From Eledone cirrhosa (taxonomy: Eukaryota): a stretch of DNA of 64,000 bases. The position numbers and the translations under genes were made by a program. The notes below the pieces were generated by a model. The model saw only the letters and a program-made list of their open reading frames with translations, did no database searches and was not told where the DNA came from. Below are positions 1 through 13,563 of this stretch, piece after piece. How positions within the stretch are numbered: the stretch's first letter is position 1; each line of letters begins with the position of its first letter. The stretch lies in contig OZ024757.1 of the NCBI GenBank assembly GCA_964016885.1, positions 12,152,001 to 12,216,000 on the forward strand, given 5' to 3'.

Positions 1-22
1 ATATATATATATACATATATAT

Positions 23-3000
23 ATATATTAGAAAGATCGAGTATCGAAAAATCGGCGCACGAGTTCACGATAAACGAAATTCGATATGAGCGGCAGAGGG
101 CTCAATAATTCAGATGAATCAGAGCTATAACTATCGTTAAAATACCGTCACATATAGAACAAGTCTACAATCAACCATACGATTTAAAATCGATAGAGGA
201 AGATTCGGGCCAAACAGATAAAAAATATCAATAAAACAATACGTCAATAATTTAAATGAATGTAAAATCATACCCGGACCCACTAGACAGGTGTTAAATC
301 TAGCTTCATGGGTTTCTGTAAATCCTTAGACTGTACTCTATCAGCTCACATATAAATATAAAAGCCTACTAGAGTAAGCGGAACGGAGGTTTACTTTCTC
401 AACGAGTTTTTTCCTGGCGGCAGAGGAGCCAACTACCAGTGAAAAACGCACATGGCATTAGACAAGGGAGATGACCCCTATATCCGCGAAAACAATTCGA
501 GTGAATGTGGAAATACACATATCGAATTAGAGTGCTCAATAGACATGTTAAAATAAAACAAAAGCTATTCATCACTCAATAGAATCGACAAAAAATGAGC
601 AATAAAATTAACTGGTGGATAGCTATGTCCAGAGCTAAATATATTAGAAAGATCGAGTATCGAAAAATCGGCGCACGAGTTCACGATAAACGAAATTCGA
701 TATGAGCGGCAGAGGGCTCAATAATTCAGATGAATCAGAGCTATAACTATCGTTAAAATACCGTCACATATAGAACAAGTCTACAATCAACCATACGATT
801 TAAAATCGATAGAGGAAGATTCGGGCCAAACAGATAAAAAATATCAATAAAACAATACGTCAATAATTTAAATGAATGTAAAATCATACCCGGACCCACT
901 AGACAGGTGTTAAATCTAGCTTCATGGGTTTCTGTAAATCCTTAGACTGTACTCTATCAGCTCACATATAAATATAAAAGCCTACTAGAGTAAGCGGAAC
1001 GGAGGTTTACTTTCTCAACGAGTTTTTTCCTGGCGGCAGAGGAGCCAACTACCAGTGAAAAACGCACATGGCATTAGACAAGGGAGATGACCCCTATATC
1101 CGCGAAAACAATTCGAGTGAATGTGGAAATACACATATCGAATTAGAGTGCTCAATAGACATGTTAAAATAAAGCAAAAGCTATTCATCACTCAATAGAA
1201 TCGACAAAAAATGAGCAATAAAATTAACTGGTGGATAGCTATGTCCAGAGCTAAATATATTAGAAAGATCGAGTATCGAAAAATCGGCGCACGAGTTCAC
1301 GATAAACGAAATTCGATATGAGCGGCAGAGGGCTCAATAATTCAGATGAATCAGAGCTATAACTATCGTTAAAATACCGTCACATATAGAACAAGTCTAC
1401 AATCAACCATACGATTTAAAATCGATAGAGGAAGATTCGGGCCAAACAGATAAAAGATATCAATAAAACAATACGTCAATAATTTAAATGAATGTAAAAT
1501 CATACCCGGACCCACTAGACAGGTGTTAAATCTAGCTTCATGGGTTTCTGTAAATCCTTAGACTGTACTCTATCAGCTCACATATAAATATAAAAGCCTA
1601 CTAGAGTAAGCGGAACGGAGGTTTACTTTCTCAACGAGTTTTTTCCTGGCGGCAGAGGAGCCAACTACCAGTGAAAAACGCACATGGCATTAGACAAGGG
1701 AGATGACCCCTATATCCGCGAAAACAATTCGAGTGAATGTGGAAATACACATATCGAATTAGAGTGCTCAATAGACATGTTAAAATAAAACAAAAGCTAT
1801 TCATCACTCAATAGAATCGACAAAAAATGAGCAATAAAATTAACTGGTGGATAGCTATGTCCAGAGCTAAATATATTAGAAAGATCGAGTATCGAAAAAT
1901 CGGCGCACGAGTTCACGATAAACGAAATTCGATATGAGCGGCAGAGGGCTCAATAATTCAGATGAATCAGAGCTATAACTATCGTTAAAATACCGTCACA
2001 TATAGAACAAGTCTACAATCAACCATACGATTTAAAATCGATAGAGGAAGATTCGGGCCAAACAGATAAAAAATATCAATAAAACAATACGTCAATAATT
2101 TAAATGAATGTAAAATCATACCCGGACCCACTAGACAGGTGTTAAATCTAGCTTCATGGGTTTCTGTAAATCCTTAGACTGTACTCTATCAGCTCACATA
2201 TAAATATAAAAGCCTACTAGAGTAAGCGGAACGGAGGTTTACTTTCTCAACGAGTTTTTTCCTGGCGGCAGAGGAGCCAACTACCAGTGAAAAACGCACA
2301 TGGCATTAGACAAGGGAGATGACCCCTATATCCGCGAAAACAATTCGAGTGAATGTGGAAATACACATATCGAATTAGAGTGCTCAATAGACATGTTAAA
2401 ATAAAACAAAAGCTATTCATCACTCAATAGAATCGACAAAAAATGAGCAATAAAATTAACTGGTGGATAGCTATGTCCAGAGCTAAATATATTAGAAAGA
2501 TCGAGTATCGAAAAATCGGCGCACGAGTTCACGATAAACGAAATTCGATATGAGCGGCAGAGGGCTCAATAATTCAGATGAATCAGAGCTATAACTATCG
2601 TTAAAATACCGTCACATATAGAACAAGTCTACAATCAACCATACGATTTAAAATCGATAGAGGAAGATTCGGGCCAAACAGATAAAAAATATCAATAAAA
2701 CAATACGTCAATAATTTAAATGAATGTAAAATCATACCCGGACCCACTAGACAGGTGTTAAATCTAGCTTCATGGGTTTCTGTAAATCCTTAGACTGTAC
2801 TCTATCAGCTCACATATAAATATAAAAGCCTACTAGAGTAAGCGGAACGGAGGTTTACTTTCTCAACGAGTTTTTTCCTGGCGGCAGAGGAGCCAACTAC
2901 CAGTGAAAAACGCACATGGCATTAGACAAGGGAGATGACCCCTATATCCGCGAAAACAATTCGAGTGAATGTGGAAATACACATATCGAATTAGAGTGCT

Positions 3001-3263
3001 CAATAGACATGTTAAAATAAAACAAAAGCTATTCATCACTCAATAGAATCGACAAAAAATGAGCAATAAAATTAACTGGTGGATAGCTATGTCCAGAGCT
3101 AAATATATTAGAAAGATCGAGTATCGAAAAATCGGCGCACGAGTTCACGATAAACGAAATTCGATATGAGCGGCAGAGGGCTCAATAATTCAGATGAATC
3201 AGAGCTATAACTATCGTTAAAATACCGTCACATATAGAACAAGTCTACAATCAACCATACGAT
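23..3263. repeat. 616-bp tandem array, ~5.26 near-identical non-coding units, flanked by (TA)n
   Basis: GAAAGATCGAGTATCG recurs at 31, 647, 1263, 1879, 2495 and 3111 (period 616); only two substitutions noticed (1174, 1456); no ORF. Confidence 0.97.
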
Positions 3264-3549
<286 letters not shown>

Positions 3550-6500
3550 CGGACAAATGAAAATAAAAATAAAAATAACAGCAAAAACAAAAACCATAAC
3601 CTACATAAAAATAACCACTACCACAGTCACCAACAGTCTCCTAAACAGGAAACTTCTTCCTCTTTTTTAGCCATAATGAATGTGGCAAAAGAACTGGAAA
3701 AAAACATTCGAGCTATCACCCAGTACCACCCTCCACCATCACCCCACTGCACAAACTCCCATTGCTGCCATTAACAAACAAACAAATTAACAACACACCA
3801 AAACAATTAAAACCAACCACTCTCACCTCAACATTTTTGCTTAACGCCCAAGGCATCAGCCCTTCCACCAATACTTAAAAATGGAAGATCAAATTCCTGG
3901 AGGACTGGATTGATGTCCATCCAAACCACATCCCTTTCTTCGTCCTCACTGTAAACCATCTCAGTAACCTCCATTTGGAAGCCGAGGTGAAAGTGAAAAA
4001 TTTCAAAGCCATCCGTGCTGATCGAACTGGCAGAAGAAAGGGTGGGACTGCCATTTATGTCCATAATTCTTTCTCAACAGAGGCTATGAACATATTTACT
4101 AATGGATACTGCGAAGCAGTCACTGTATTCAGTAAAACCAACAACCTAATAGTAGTTGGGCTCTATAGGCCACCCCAAACGCCTCTACCATGCTTCAAGG
4201 AATGCCTCAACAGCATAAAGTGTTTCATCCAAGAGTGTCACCCTAACAACATCTTAATGATGGGGGACTTCAACCTCCCTAGAGTTGACTGGTCCACAAA
4301 CAGCCTGCCACCAGGTTCTTCTGCCTCAACCTTTGACAGGGAAGCAGTGAAATCGCTTCTTGACGTCATGGATGATTTCTTCCTGTCCCAAATGGTGCTC
4401 GAACCAACGAGGTGCCACAAAAACGTCCTAGACTTAATTTTCAGCAATCACACTGACACTATCCACAATATTGCAGTGGAGAAAACTCTACTCTCTGATC
4501 ATGACATGGTTCTCTGTGATCTGAGATTCCACCGTCCAATATACAAACCCAATGTCATCTCTCCTGTCCATCCGTTTGATGCTATGGATTTCTACAATGC
4601 AAACTGGGAAGCGATCAGTCATAATCTTGCACATGTCGACTGGTCCTTCACTCACAATCACACACCCACTAACTTCAAAAAGTCCTGGCAGACATTTGTG
4701 GACACTGTTACACACATATGTCAAAAACACACCCCATTAAGAACTATAAACAAATCTAAGAGCAGAATCCCTAGAAATAGAAAAACGCTCATCAGGAAAA
4801 TTAAGAGAACTAACAAAAAAATCAACAAGCTGAAATACTGTCAGCAGGAACACATCAACTTGACTGCCATGTCATCACTAGAGATTAAAAAACATAACCT
4901 CCAAAACAATATGTCTATCATCAACAATCAGAGAAGAGCTGAAGAGGCCTGGGCCATTGAGAAGATCAAACTCAATCCCAAAGTGTTCTTTTCATTTGCA
5001 AAAAAACACAAAATCACTGGCTCTACTGTTGGCCCTCTAATTGATGAAAATGGCACTCTTCAAGACAATGCTAAAACCATGGGTGAGATACTGCAGAAAC
5101 AATACTGCTCTGTTTTCAGCAATCCTGATATGGCCGATCTGGACTGTATCGGGGATGTTACCCCCATTACACCTTATCGGACATAACGTTTGGCGCCCTT
5201 GATGTCTTAGCGGCAATAAAGGAAATCAAGCATAATTCAGCAGTAGGTCCCGATAGGTTCCCTGCTTGTGTCTCGAAGGCTTGTCAACACCAACTTGCAT
5301 CTTCTCTTGCCAATCTGTGGCGGAACTCACTGGATGCTAGATATGTGCCAGAAAACCTTCTATCCCAGTCTGTTGTCCCAGTTTTCAAAAAAGGAAACAA
5401 ATCCCTTGCCGTGAATTACCGTCCAATCTCACTCACCTCTCATATCATTAAGGTATTTGAGAGAGTGGTGAGATCGCAAATGACTCACTTCCTTGAGAGT
5501 AACAATATATGCTGAACTCCAACCAGCATGGATTCCGTAATGGAAGGGATTGCCTGACGCAGCTACTACATCACTTTGATGACATTTTGAGAGCCTTGGA
5601 AGAGGGTTCCAACACTGATGTTATCTACCTTGATTTCAGCAAGGCATTTGACAGGGTTGATCACAACATTCTACTGAAAAAGCTGTCCAATATTGGTGTC
5701 ACTGGAAAGCTGCTGCGGTGGATCAAGAGCTTCCTGTCAAACAGAACCCAACATGTTGTAGTCGAAGGAGTCAAATCCAGCCCAGCCAAAGTCAGTAGTG
5801 GGGTCCCACAAGGCACTGTGTTGGGCCCACTTCTCTTCATCATCTATATTAATGACATCACTGACATCATCAAACACAGCAACATTAAAATTTTCGCTGA
5901 TGATTCCAAGCTCCAAAAGGTCATCAAGGACGTGGATGACAGGTTAAGCCTTCAGTCAGACCTACTGGCTGTTACTCAATGGGCGGAAAAGAACAACATG
6001 TTACTGAACGAAGACAAATTCGAACTGATCCACTTTGGAAAAGAGGATGCTCTGAAACTCCCGTACTCCCTTCCCATCAGAGACTTGGGAGTAACCGTGG
6101 ACAGCAACATAAGCTGGGCCACGCATATAAGCAGCAAAGTTGACATGGCCCGCAGAATGTGTCCTGGATCCTCAGAACCTTCCAGTCGAGAGATTCCCAC
6201 ACCATTATCCTTCTCTTCTCCACTTTTGCCCGACCACACCTTGAATACTGTTGTCCACTGTGGTCTCCCCACACGAAACAAAGTATCATGAAACTTGAAG
6301 ATTCCCAAAGGGCAATCACGAAAAAGATAGATGGCATGTCAGACCTTGACTAGAAAAGCTGACTAGAAAAGCTGAAACTTTACTCACTCCAACGTCGCCG
6401 TGAGCGTTATATTATCTGCATGATGTGGAAAATATTTCATCAGCACTGCCCAAATGATGTTGGTATCACCTTCAAAATACACCCAAGGCTTGGGCCCCTT

Positions 6501-6841
6501 GCTATCCGTCCCAAACAAAACAAAAATCTAAATCGCAACTCATAACAACAATACGGCACAATTATTTCACCTCAATTGGCCCTGCTCTCTTCAACATCAC
6601 ACCAGGACACGTCAAAACAGAAACTGACCACACAAAATTCAAGAAGTCTTTCGACAAATTACTCCAAGTAATCCCGGACACACCACCCACACCCGGATAT
6701 GTCTCCGCAAACAGTAATTCCCTTCTCGAATGGGCCATGGTGCCCAAATCCTGAATTGAAAGACTTCGCCAGGTGGTGCTATTAAGTTAGACATGGCCTG
6801 GGCCAATACTGGCCGAAACATTTCAAAGTTATTCAAAGTTA
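3550..6841 (+). mobile_element. CR1-like LINE family 1, 5'-truncated degraded copy (ORF1 end, APE endonuclease, RT, 3' tail)
   Basis: ORFs 3975-5186 (GLYRPP, MGDFN, SDHD) and 5509-6291 ([23 protein letters not shown]); frameshifts and stops; closely matches 36691-39998. Confidence 0.93.
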
Positions 6842-6874
6842 TATATATATATATATACAGATATATAGATATGT

Positions 6875-6936
<62 letters not shown>

Positions 6937-7135
6937 TACAAACAAACAAACCGAGCATTATAATAAATGTTCGTTAAACCGATACGTGCATATATATATG
7001 TGTGCATGTATGTATATATATATATACATACTACTGTACGTCTGTATACATATATGTATGTACGTATACATACATACTTACATTTAAGTAAGTGCCGACT
7101 AAGAGTAAGAAATGAAATTTCGTTTCATTCTATTC
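6937..7135 (+). mobile_element. Partial copy of non-coding HHR unit family R (spans its internal (TA)n)
   Basis: Matches about 59611-59860, e.g. ACTGTACGTCTGTATACATATATGTATGTACGTATACATACATACTTACATTTAAGTAAGTGCC. Confidence 0.8.
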
Positions 7136-7200
7136 CATATATATATATATACATATATATATATACATATATATATACATATATATATACATATATATAC

Positions 7201-7236
<36 letters not shown>

Positions 7237-7315
7237 CCATATATATATATATATGCATATATATATATGTCCTCCTTGTGAAATTTGTGGTCTTGTTTGC
7301 TAAACTGATGAATAT

Positions 7316-7537
7316 ATATATAGCTTTCACCGTATTTTTGACTAAAGGAATTTTAGCTTGATAACGGGGTTTAGAACCCTCAGATAAATGGAAAAAGATG
7401 AGTATTGACGTACATGGGAGTCGAACCCACATCTGTGGTTATCGCGACCACTGTGCTACCATTACACCAACACATCACCCATCTATTTCCATCAAGCTAA
7501 AATTCCTTTAGTCAAAAATACGGTGAAAGCTATATAT
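7316..7537. repeat. 47-bp perfect inverted repeat (7316-7362 / 7491-7537) enclosing a tRNA-like cloverleaf
   Basis: ATATATAGCTTTCACCGTATTTTTGACTAAAGGAATTTTAGCTTGAT and its exact reverse complement. Confidence 0.9.
7406..7476 (-). tRNA. tRNA-like cloverleaf (pseudo-tRNA or tRNA-derived head; CGA at anticodon position, atypical loop)
   Basis: GATGTGT-TG-GTGT AATGGTA GCAC-A-GTGGT CGCGATA ACCAC-AGAT-GTGGG TTCGACT CCCAT-GTACGTC-A; A and B boxes present; loop lacks U33 and purine 37. Confidence 0.6.
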
Positions 7538-7656
7538 TTTCTAATTTCAAACTCGCTCACTGTTTCAAAACCTACTTACTTGCCATTTAAACTCGCTAAG
7601 AATGTAGTTTCTAATTTGAATGGAAAGAGATGGGTGATGTGTTGGTGTAATGGTAG

Positions 7657-8330
7657 ATGACAGATCGGGGTACCCTATCAAAGGCCTTCTCTAGGTAAAC
7701 AAAGGCTAAGTATAGTGGCTTATTCTTCTCTAAGAACCTCTCTTGCAATTGTCTCACCAAGAAGAGGGCATCTGTTGTACTCTTCCCAGGCACAAAACCA
7801 AACTGCATCTCATCTAGTTTGACCCTTTCTCTAATTAGTTGCGCTAAAATCCTTTCTGCCACTTTCATAACCTGATCTATCAGTTTTATACCCCTATAAT
7901 TTCTCCTCTCCAGAGCATCCCCTTTACCTTTGTAGCAAATTATGAGAATACTGCTGCACCAGTCTTTGGGTATGACACCACCATATATAGCCTGATTGAT
8001 GATGCGTGCAACCAGTTTAGTGCCTACGTCCCCTGATGCCTTCAGCATCTCAGCAACTATTCCCGATGGTCCGGCAGCCTTACCATTTTTCATTTCCCTA
8101 ATCGCCTCTTGGACCCTATATTCGTCAATATCAATAGCTGGTCCCTCTGTCGGATCTACCAATGGTAATTTCTCTCTCTCCCATTTGTTCTCCACATTCA
8201 TCAGTCTCTCATAATGACATTTCCAGGCCTCCTTTTTCTGATCATTCGTGACACTATGTACACCGGCATCATTCCGGACACATTTATCACCAACAACATC
8301 CTGATTTGCATTGACACACTGCCTTGCAAT
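7657..8330 (-). mobile_element. RTE-clade LINE internal fragment (pre-RT to RT motif A)
   Basis: [62 protein letters not shown]. Confidence 0.85.
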
Positions 8331-8494
8331 GTATACATATATATACATATATATATAAATATATATATACATATATATACATATACATATATATATACAT
8401 ATATATACATATATATATATATACATATATATACATATACATATATATATACATCTGTGTACATATACATATATATATATACATATATATACAT

Positions 8495-8551
<57 letters not shown>

Positions 8552-8627
8552 CATATGTACTTATATATACATATATATATATATATACATATATATACAT
8601 ATATATATATACAAATATATATATATA

Positions 8628-9590
8628 TCATCATCATCTTAATCACCGTTTTACGTCCGTTCTTCCACGCTAGCATGGGTTAGACGGGTTGTCCTGTTGT
8701 GGGCAGTGTCTGGTTGGCTGACCTTGAACTGATTTGGCTTGATTTCTACAGCTGGATGCCCTTCCTAACACCAACCTCATTTACAGTGAGTGCTGGGTGC
8801 TTTTTCGTGGCGCCTACACGTCCACTTTACAGTGTGGGCTGGGTGCTTTTTTGCAGTGCACCTCCACGACCACCTTGCAGCTTCAGCTTGTACCCATGGG
8901 AGGTCGGGTACTCTGTATTACTGCGTGACGCTAGAGGTCACGGTCGTGTGTCATCGCCTTTGAGAGGTGTAATTGTGTAAGGTCGGCTTTTATCACCTCA
9001 TCCCAGATCATCTTGGGTCTCCCCACTCCGCGGTTTCCATCGACTTCTAGTGCTCTGCACCTTTTTATGCAGCTGTCATCCTTCATACGCATCACATGTC
9101 CATACCAACGCAACCGCCTCTCCTGCACACAGTATTTGATTCCTCTTATGCTCAGTCTCTCTCTCAATTCATTTATGCTTTGTCGTTCGCGTCATAGTTA
9201 CATCCCTTTACGATCTGAGTTCAAATCCCGCCGAGGTTGACTTTGCCTTTCATCCTTATGGGGTCGATAAAATAAAGTACCAGTAATGCACTGGGTAATT
9301 GCTGGCCTTGTGCCTAAAGTAGAAACAATTATTACACATCCACCGGAGCATGCAGGCTTCCTTTCTCTCTAAACTACGTAAGTCTTCCACCTTCAGCACC
9401 CATGTCTCACTATCATGTAACATTTCTGTTCGGATACACGCATCATACAGTCTGCCTTTCATTTTGAGGGAGAAGCCTTTTGCAGCTAGCAGTGGTAGTA
9501 GTTCCCTAAACTTCTTCCATCCCGTTCTTACCCTAGTTATTGTACTTTCTGAACACCCACCTCACCTGCTAATTTGGTCACCTAGGTGGA
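8628..9590 (-). mobile_element. RTE-clade LINE 3' fragment with (GAT)n tail, interrupted by a SINE
   Basis: KGRLYDACIRTEMLHDSETW, RRLRWYGHVMRM...RGVGRPKMIW; CATCATCATC tail near 8628. Confidence 0.8.
9190..9333 (+). mobile_element. tRNA-derived SINE fragment (octopus-type)
   Basis: B-box GAGTTCAAATCCC followed by GCCGAGGTTGACTTTGCCTTTCATCC...GGGGTCGATAAAATAAAGTACCAG; interrupts RTE coding sequence. Confidence 0.7.
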
Positions 9591-10169
9591 GGATAGGGGG
9601 TACCTGAGGGTGGGGTGTGTGGCGTCCGTGGGCACACTTGGAATGGGCGCTCGCCCAAATGACGAGATATTAGCCTTGACGAAGGCTGCTGTTGACCAGC
9701 CGCCCCAGTCAGCGCCAGAGCTCGGGAGGCCGAGGGCGAGTGGGGCGAAATAGAACAGCCGCTCCCAGTCACTGGCTCGATTGGAGTCCAGGGCGCTCTC
9801 AATCGAGGAAGCGAGGGCATCGGCTACCAGCACCCGTGCCGCTCTCAGGATCCTGTGTGAGATCTTCCGGAGCCGCCTGAGCCGAGCGATGTTGACCAGT
9901 GAGGCTCGGGCGTCAGGCAAGCTCGCTGTCCCATCTGGTGGTGTGCCAGACGGCCGTGGCTGCGAAGACGTGGGGAAGAGGCAGCTCCTGCACTTCCACG
10001 CTGCAAGGACATTGCAAGCTCGACGAGTCAAGCAAACGCAGGTGAGGTGGTGGAAGCAGCCGCAACCCAAACAGTTCCGGCCTCTCTTCCGTTTGTTAGT
10101 GGTGCCGCAAGTGCCGCAGATGTCGATTTGGAGGGGTGGGGTGGGGCGTGGGGCCGGGGACTGGGGCAC
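9582..10169 (-). pseudogene. PHD-finger ORF fragment, probable 5' part of a CRE-like (RLE-type) non-LTR retrotransposon
   Basis: CGTC-x10-CLGC-x4-HLTC-x14-WKCRSC = C4HC3; then RILRAARVLVADAL...DWERLFYFAPLAL; GC-rich island; truncated against the RTE fragment. Confidence 0.55.
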
Positions 10170-10693
10170 CGAGTGGTATCAGGGGTGGGTGGCTGGCGTC
10201 TCATCTATATATATGGAGGTGCCAGAAAACAAGAGCGAAAAGGGGCTGCATGGAGGAAGGTAGAATGGCAGTAAATGAATGAGTGAATGGATGGATGTAC
10301 AACAACAAAAATGGGGGGGAGGGGTTGTTCCCAGCGGAAGAACCCAGAGTTCAGCACGCACACATGCGAGCAACTTAGCAGTTTGTCATAGGACCTAGTG
10401 GCTGGTGATATATACATGTATATCTCACACTCACACACATAATTTCACACATACACACATTCATATGTATATATATTTAAATATTTATAAACTTATTCTG
10501 GGAAAATGGAATCTTTTCCGAGAATTTAGCTGGGGGTGTGTTCTGTTGACTGTTCTAGATATGTATGTAAGTATATATATATAAAGTGACCTAACTATGT
10601 ATATATGTATGTATGTAAGTATATATATATATATAGTGACCTGGCTATGTATATATGTATGTATGTATTTATATATATAGTGACCTGACTATG

Positions 10694-10731
<38 letters not shown>

Positions 10732-10751
10732 CACCTGGGTATGTATAAATG

Positions 10752-10791
<40 letters not shown>

Positions 10792-10795
10792 CATC

Positions 10796-10836
<41 letters not shown>

Positions 10837-11482
10837 TAACACACATTTTCACACATACATTATCACACACACACATACATTATCCACCACATACACATAC
10901 ATTCTAACCACGCCCTTCGTCTAATATATCAATAAGAGTGTTGCATTCTGGGAATCATTATTCTGTGTGTGTGTATATATATATATATAAAGGCACAAAC
11001 TCACATACACACCCTCACACATATATTAACACATACAAACACTCACACAAACACACACTTAATCTCTCAGCATTCCCTACCTGTCACATAGATGTATGTA
11101 ATAATTATTAATGTGTAACAGAAATATGTGCGTCTACTGCTATAAACATATATATATACACGTAGAAATACCAAAGTAGTCACATAGTTTTATCAACTAT
11201 ACAAGGTGCTATATAATTACTGTACCAAATTAGTTGAAAGAAAACTGTTCAAGAAAAATATTTCCCTCAGGTAAGATGTCAATTTTATTGAAAGCATTTC
11301 TAGGTAGCAAGGAAAATATTATTATATTGTTCATATGTGTAGACGTATATATCTTTGTAAATGTATATATAATCATTATAAGAAATGTGTATATAATCAT
11401 TATAAGAAATGTGTATATAATCATTATAAGAAATGTATATATATTTAAATGTATATATTTATATATAATTATATATATATAA

Positions 11483-11542
<60 letters not shown>

Positions 11543-11818
11543 GTATATATATATATATATATTCCATGTTAGTGTGGATGATGGACGTTAAATGATGATG
11601 ATGATATCTATATATAAATGTATATGTATATATATGTATGTATATGTATGTATATGTATATATATGTATATATATATATATATGTATATATACGTATATA
11701 TATGTATATATATATATGTATATGTATATATATGTATATATATATATATGTATATATATGTATATATATATGTATATGTATATATATGTATATATATATA
11801 TGTATATATATATGTAAT

Positions 11819-11940
11819 AGTGAAGGCGTGTGGCTGAGTGGTTAGAGTATTGGATTCACAATCGTGAGGTTGTGAGTTCGATTCCTGAACCAGGCGATGC
11901 GTTATGTCCTTGAGCAAGACACTTTATTTCACGTTGCTCC
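11819..11940 (+). mobile_element. tRNA-derived SINE head
   Basis: A box TGGCTGAGTGG, B box GAGTTCGATTCC, then GTCCTTGAGCAAGACACTTTATTTCAC. Confidence 0.8.
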
Positions 11941-12041
11941 TTCTACCTGGAGTTGCGACCGATAGATAGTATTAGCAATTGGAAAGACCAACGGAAACAT
12001 AGTTTCCTCGGTCCGATTTGACGAAAGTCGATCGACTAGAA

Positions 12042-12221
12042 CATATATATGTATATATATATGTATATATATATGTATATATATATATATGTATATATAT
12101 ATATGTATATATATATATGTATATGTATATATATGTATATATATGTATATGTATATATATGTATATATATATATGTATATGTATATATATGTATATATAT
12201 ATATGTATATGTATATATATG

Positions 12222-12255
<34 letters not shown>

Positions 12256-12313
12256 TAGATATATATGTATATGTATATATATATATGGATATATATGTAT
12301 ATGTATATATATG

Positions 12314-12369
<56 letters not shown>

Positions 12370-12763
12370 TAGATATATATGTATATGTATATATATATAT
12401 GGATATATATGTATATGTATATATATGTATATATATATATATATATATGTATATGTATATATATGTATATATATATATATGTATATGTATATATATGTAT
12501 ATTTGTATATATGTACATGTATATATATATGTATATATATATATATATGTATATGTATATATATGTATATCTATATATATGTATATGTATATCTATATGT
12601 ATATGTATATATATGTATATATATGTATGTATATATATGTATATATATGTATGTATATATATGTATATACATGTATGTATATATATATGTATATATATGT
12701 ATGTATGTATATGTAAATATATGTATATATGTATGTGTATATGTATGTATATGTATATATATG

Positions 12764-12798
<35 letters not shown>

Positions 12799-13320
12799 GT
12801 ATATATATGTATATATATATATGTATATATATGTATATATATGTATATATATGTATATGTATATATATGTATATGTTTATATATGTATATGTATATATAT
12901 GTATATGTATATATATGTATATATATGTATATGGATATATATGTATATATATATATGTATATATATGTATGTATATGTATATATATATATGTATATATGT
13001 ATATGTATATATATGTATATATATGTATATATGTATATATATATGTATATATGTATACGTATATATATGTATATATGTATATGTATATATATGTATATAT
13101 GTATATTATGTATATATATATGTATATATGTATATGTATATATATATATATGTATATGTATGTGTATGTATGTATATGTATGTATATATATGTATATGTA
13201 TGTGTATATATGTATATGTATATATATATATACATATGTATATATATATGTATATATATATATGTATATATATGTATATATATATATATGTATATGTTTA
13301 TATATATATATGTATATATG

Positions 13321-13367
<47 letters not shown>

Positions 13368-13480
13368 GTATATATATATATATGTATATATACATATATA
13401 TATATGTATATATGTATATATATATATGTATATATGTATATATATATATGTATACATATATATATGTATATATATATATG

Positions 13481-13511
<31 letters not shown>

Positions 13512-13518
13512 GTATATG

Positions 13519-13563
<45 letters not shown>

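Noticed and set aside
530-577. SECIS or box C/D-like hairpin on the minus strand (GAGTG ATGA ATAG...CTAT TGAG CACTC)
   Set aside because: The best pairing register gives no tandem G.A quartet, there is no apical AA motif, no CUGA box D and no linked ORF
23-3263. CRISPR-like array or rRNA/snRNA gene cluster
   Set aside because: Whole units are identical with no unique spacers; I recognise no 5S, snRNA or tRNA sequence in the unit
7303-7540. Hammerhead using CTGATGA (7306) and GAAA (7525)
   Set aside because: GAAA is sequestered in the 47-bp inverted repeat and there is no credible stem I or III
9781-10274. Plus-strand ORFs of 160 and 75 aa
   Set aside because: Antisense shadows of the GC-rich PHD ORF with no recognisable motifs
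10555-11440. Short triplicated repeats (AGTGACCT..CTATGT at ~10555-10700; 24-bp ATAAGAAATGTGTATATAATCATT at ~11360-11440)
   Set aside because: Ordinary slippage minisatellites without further structure
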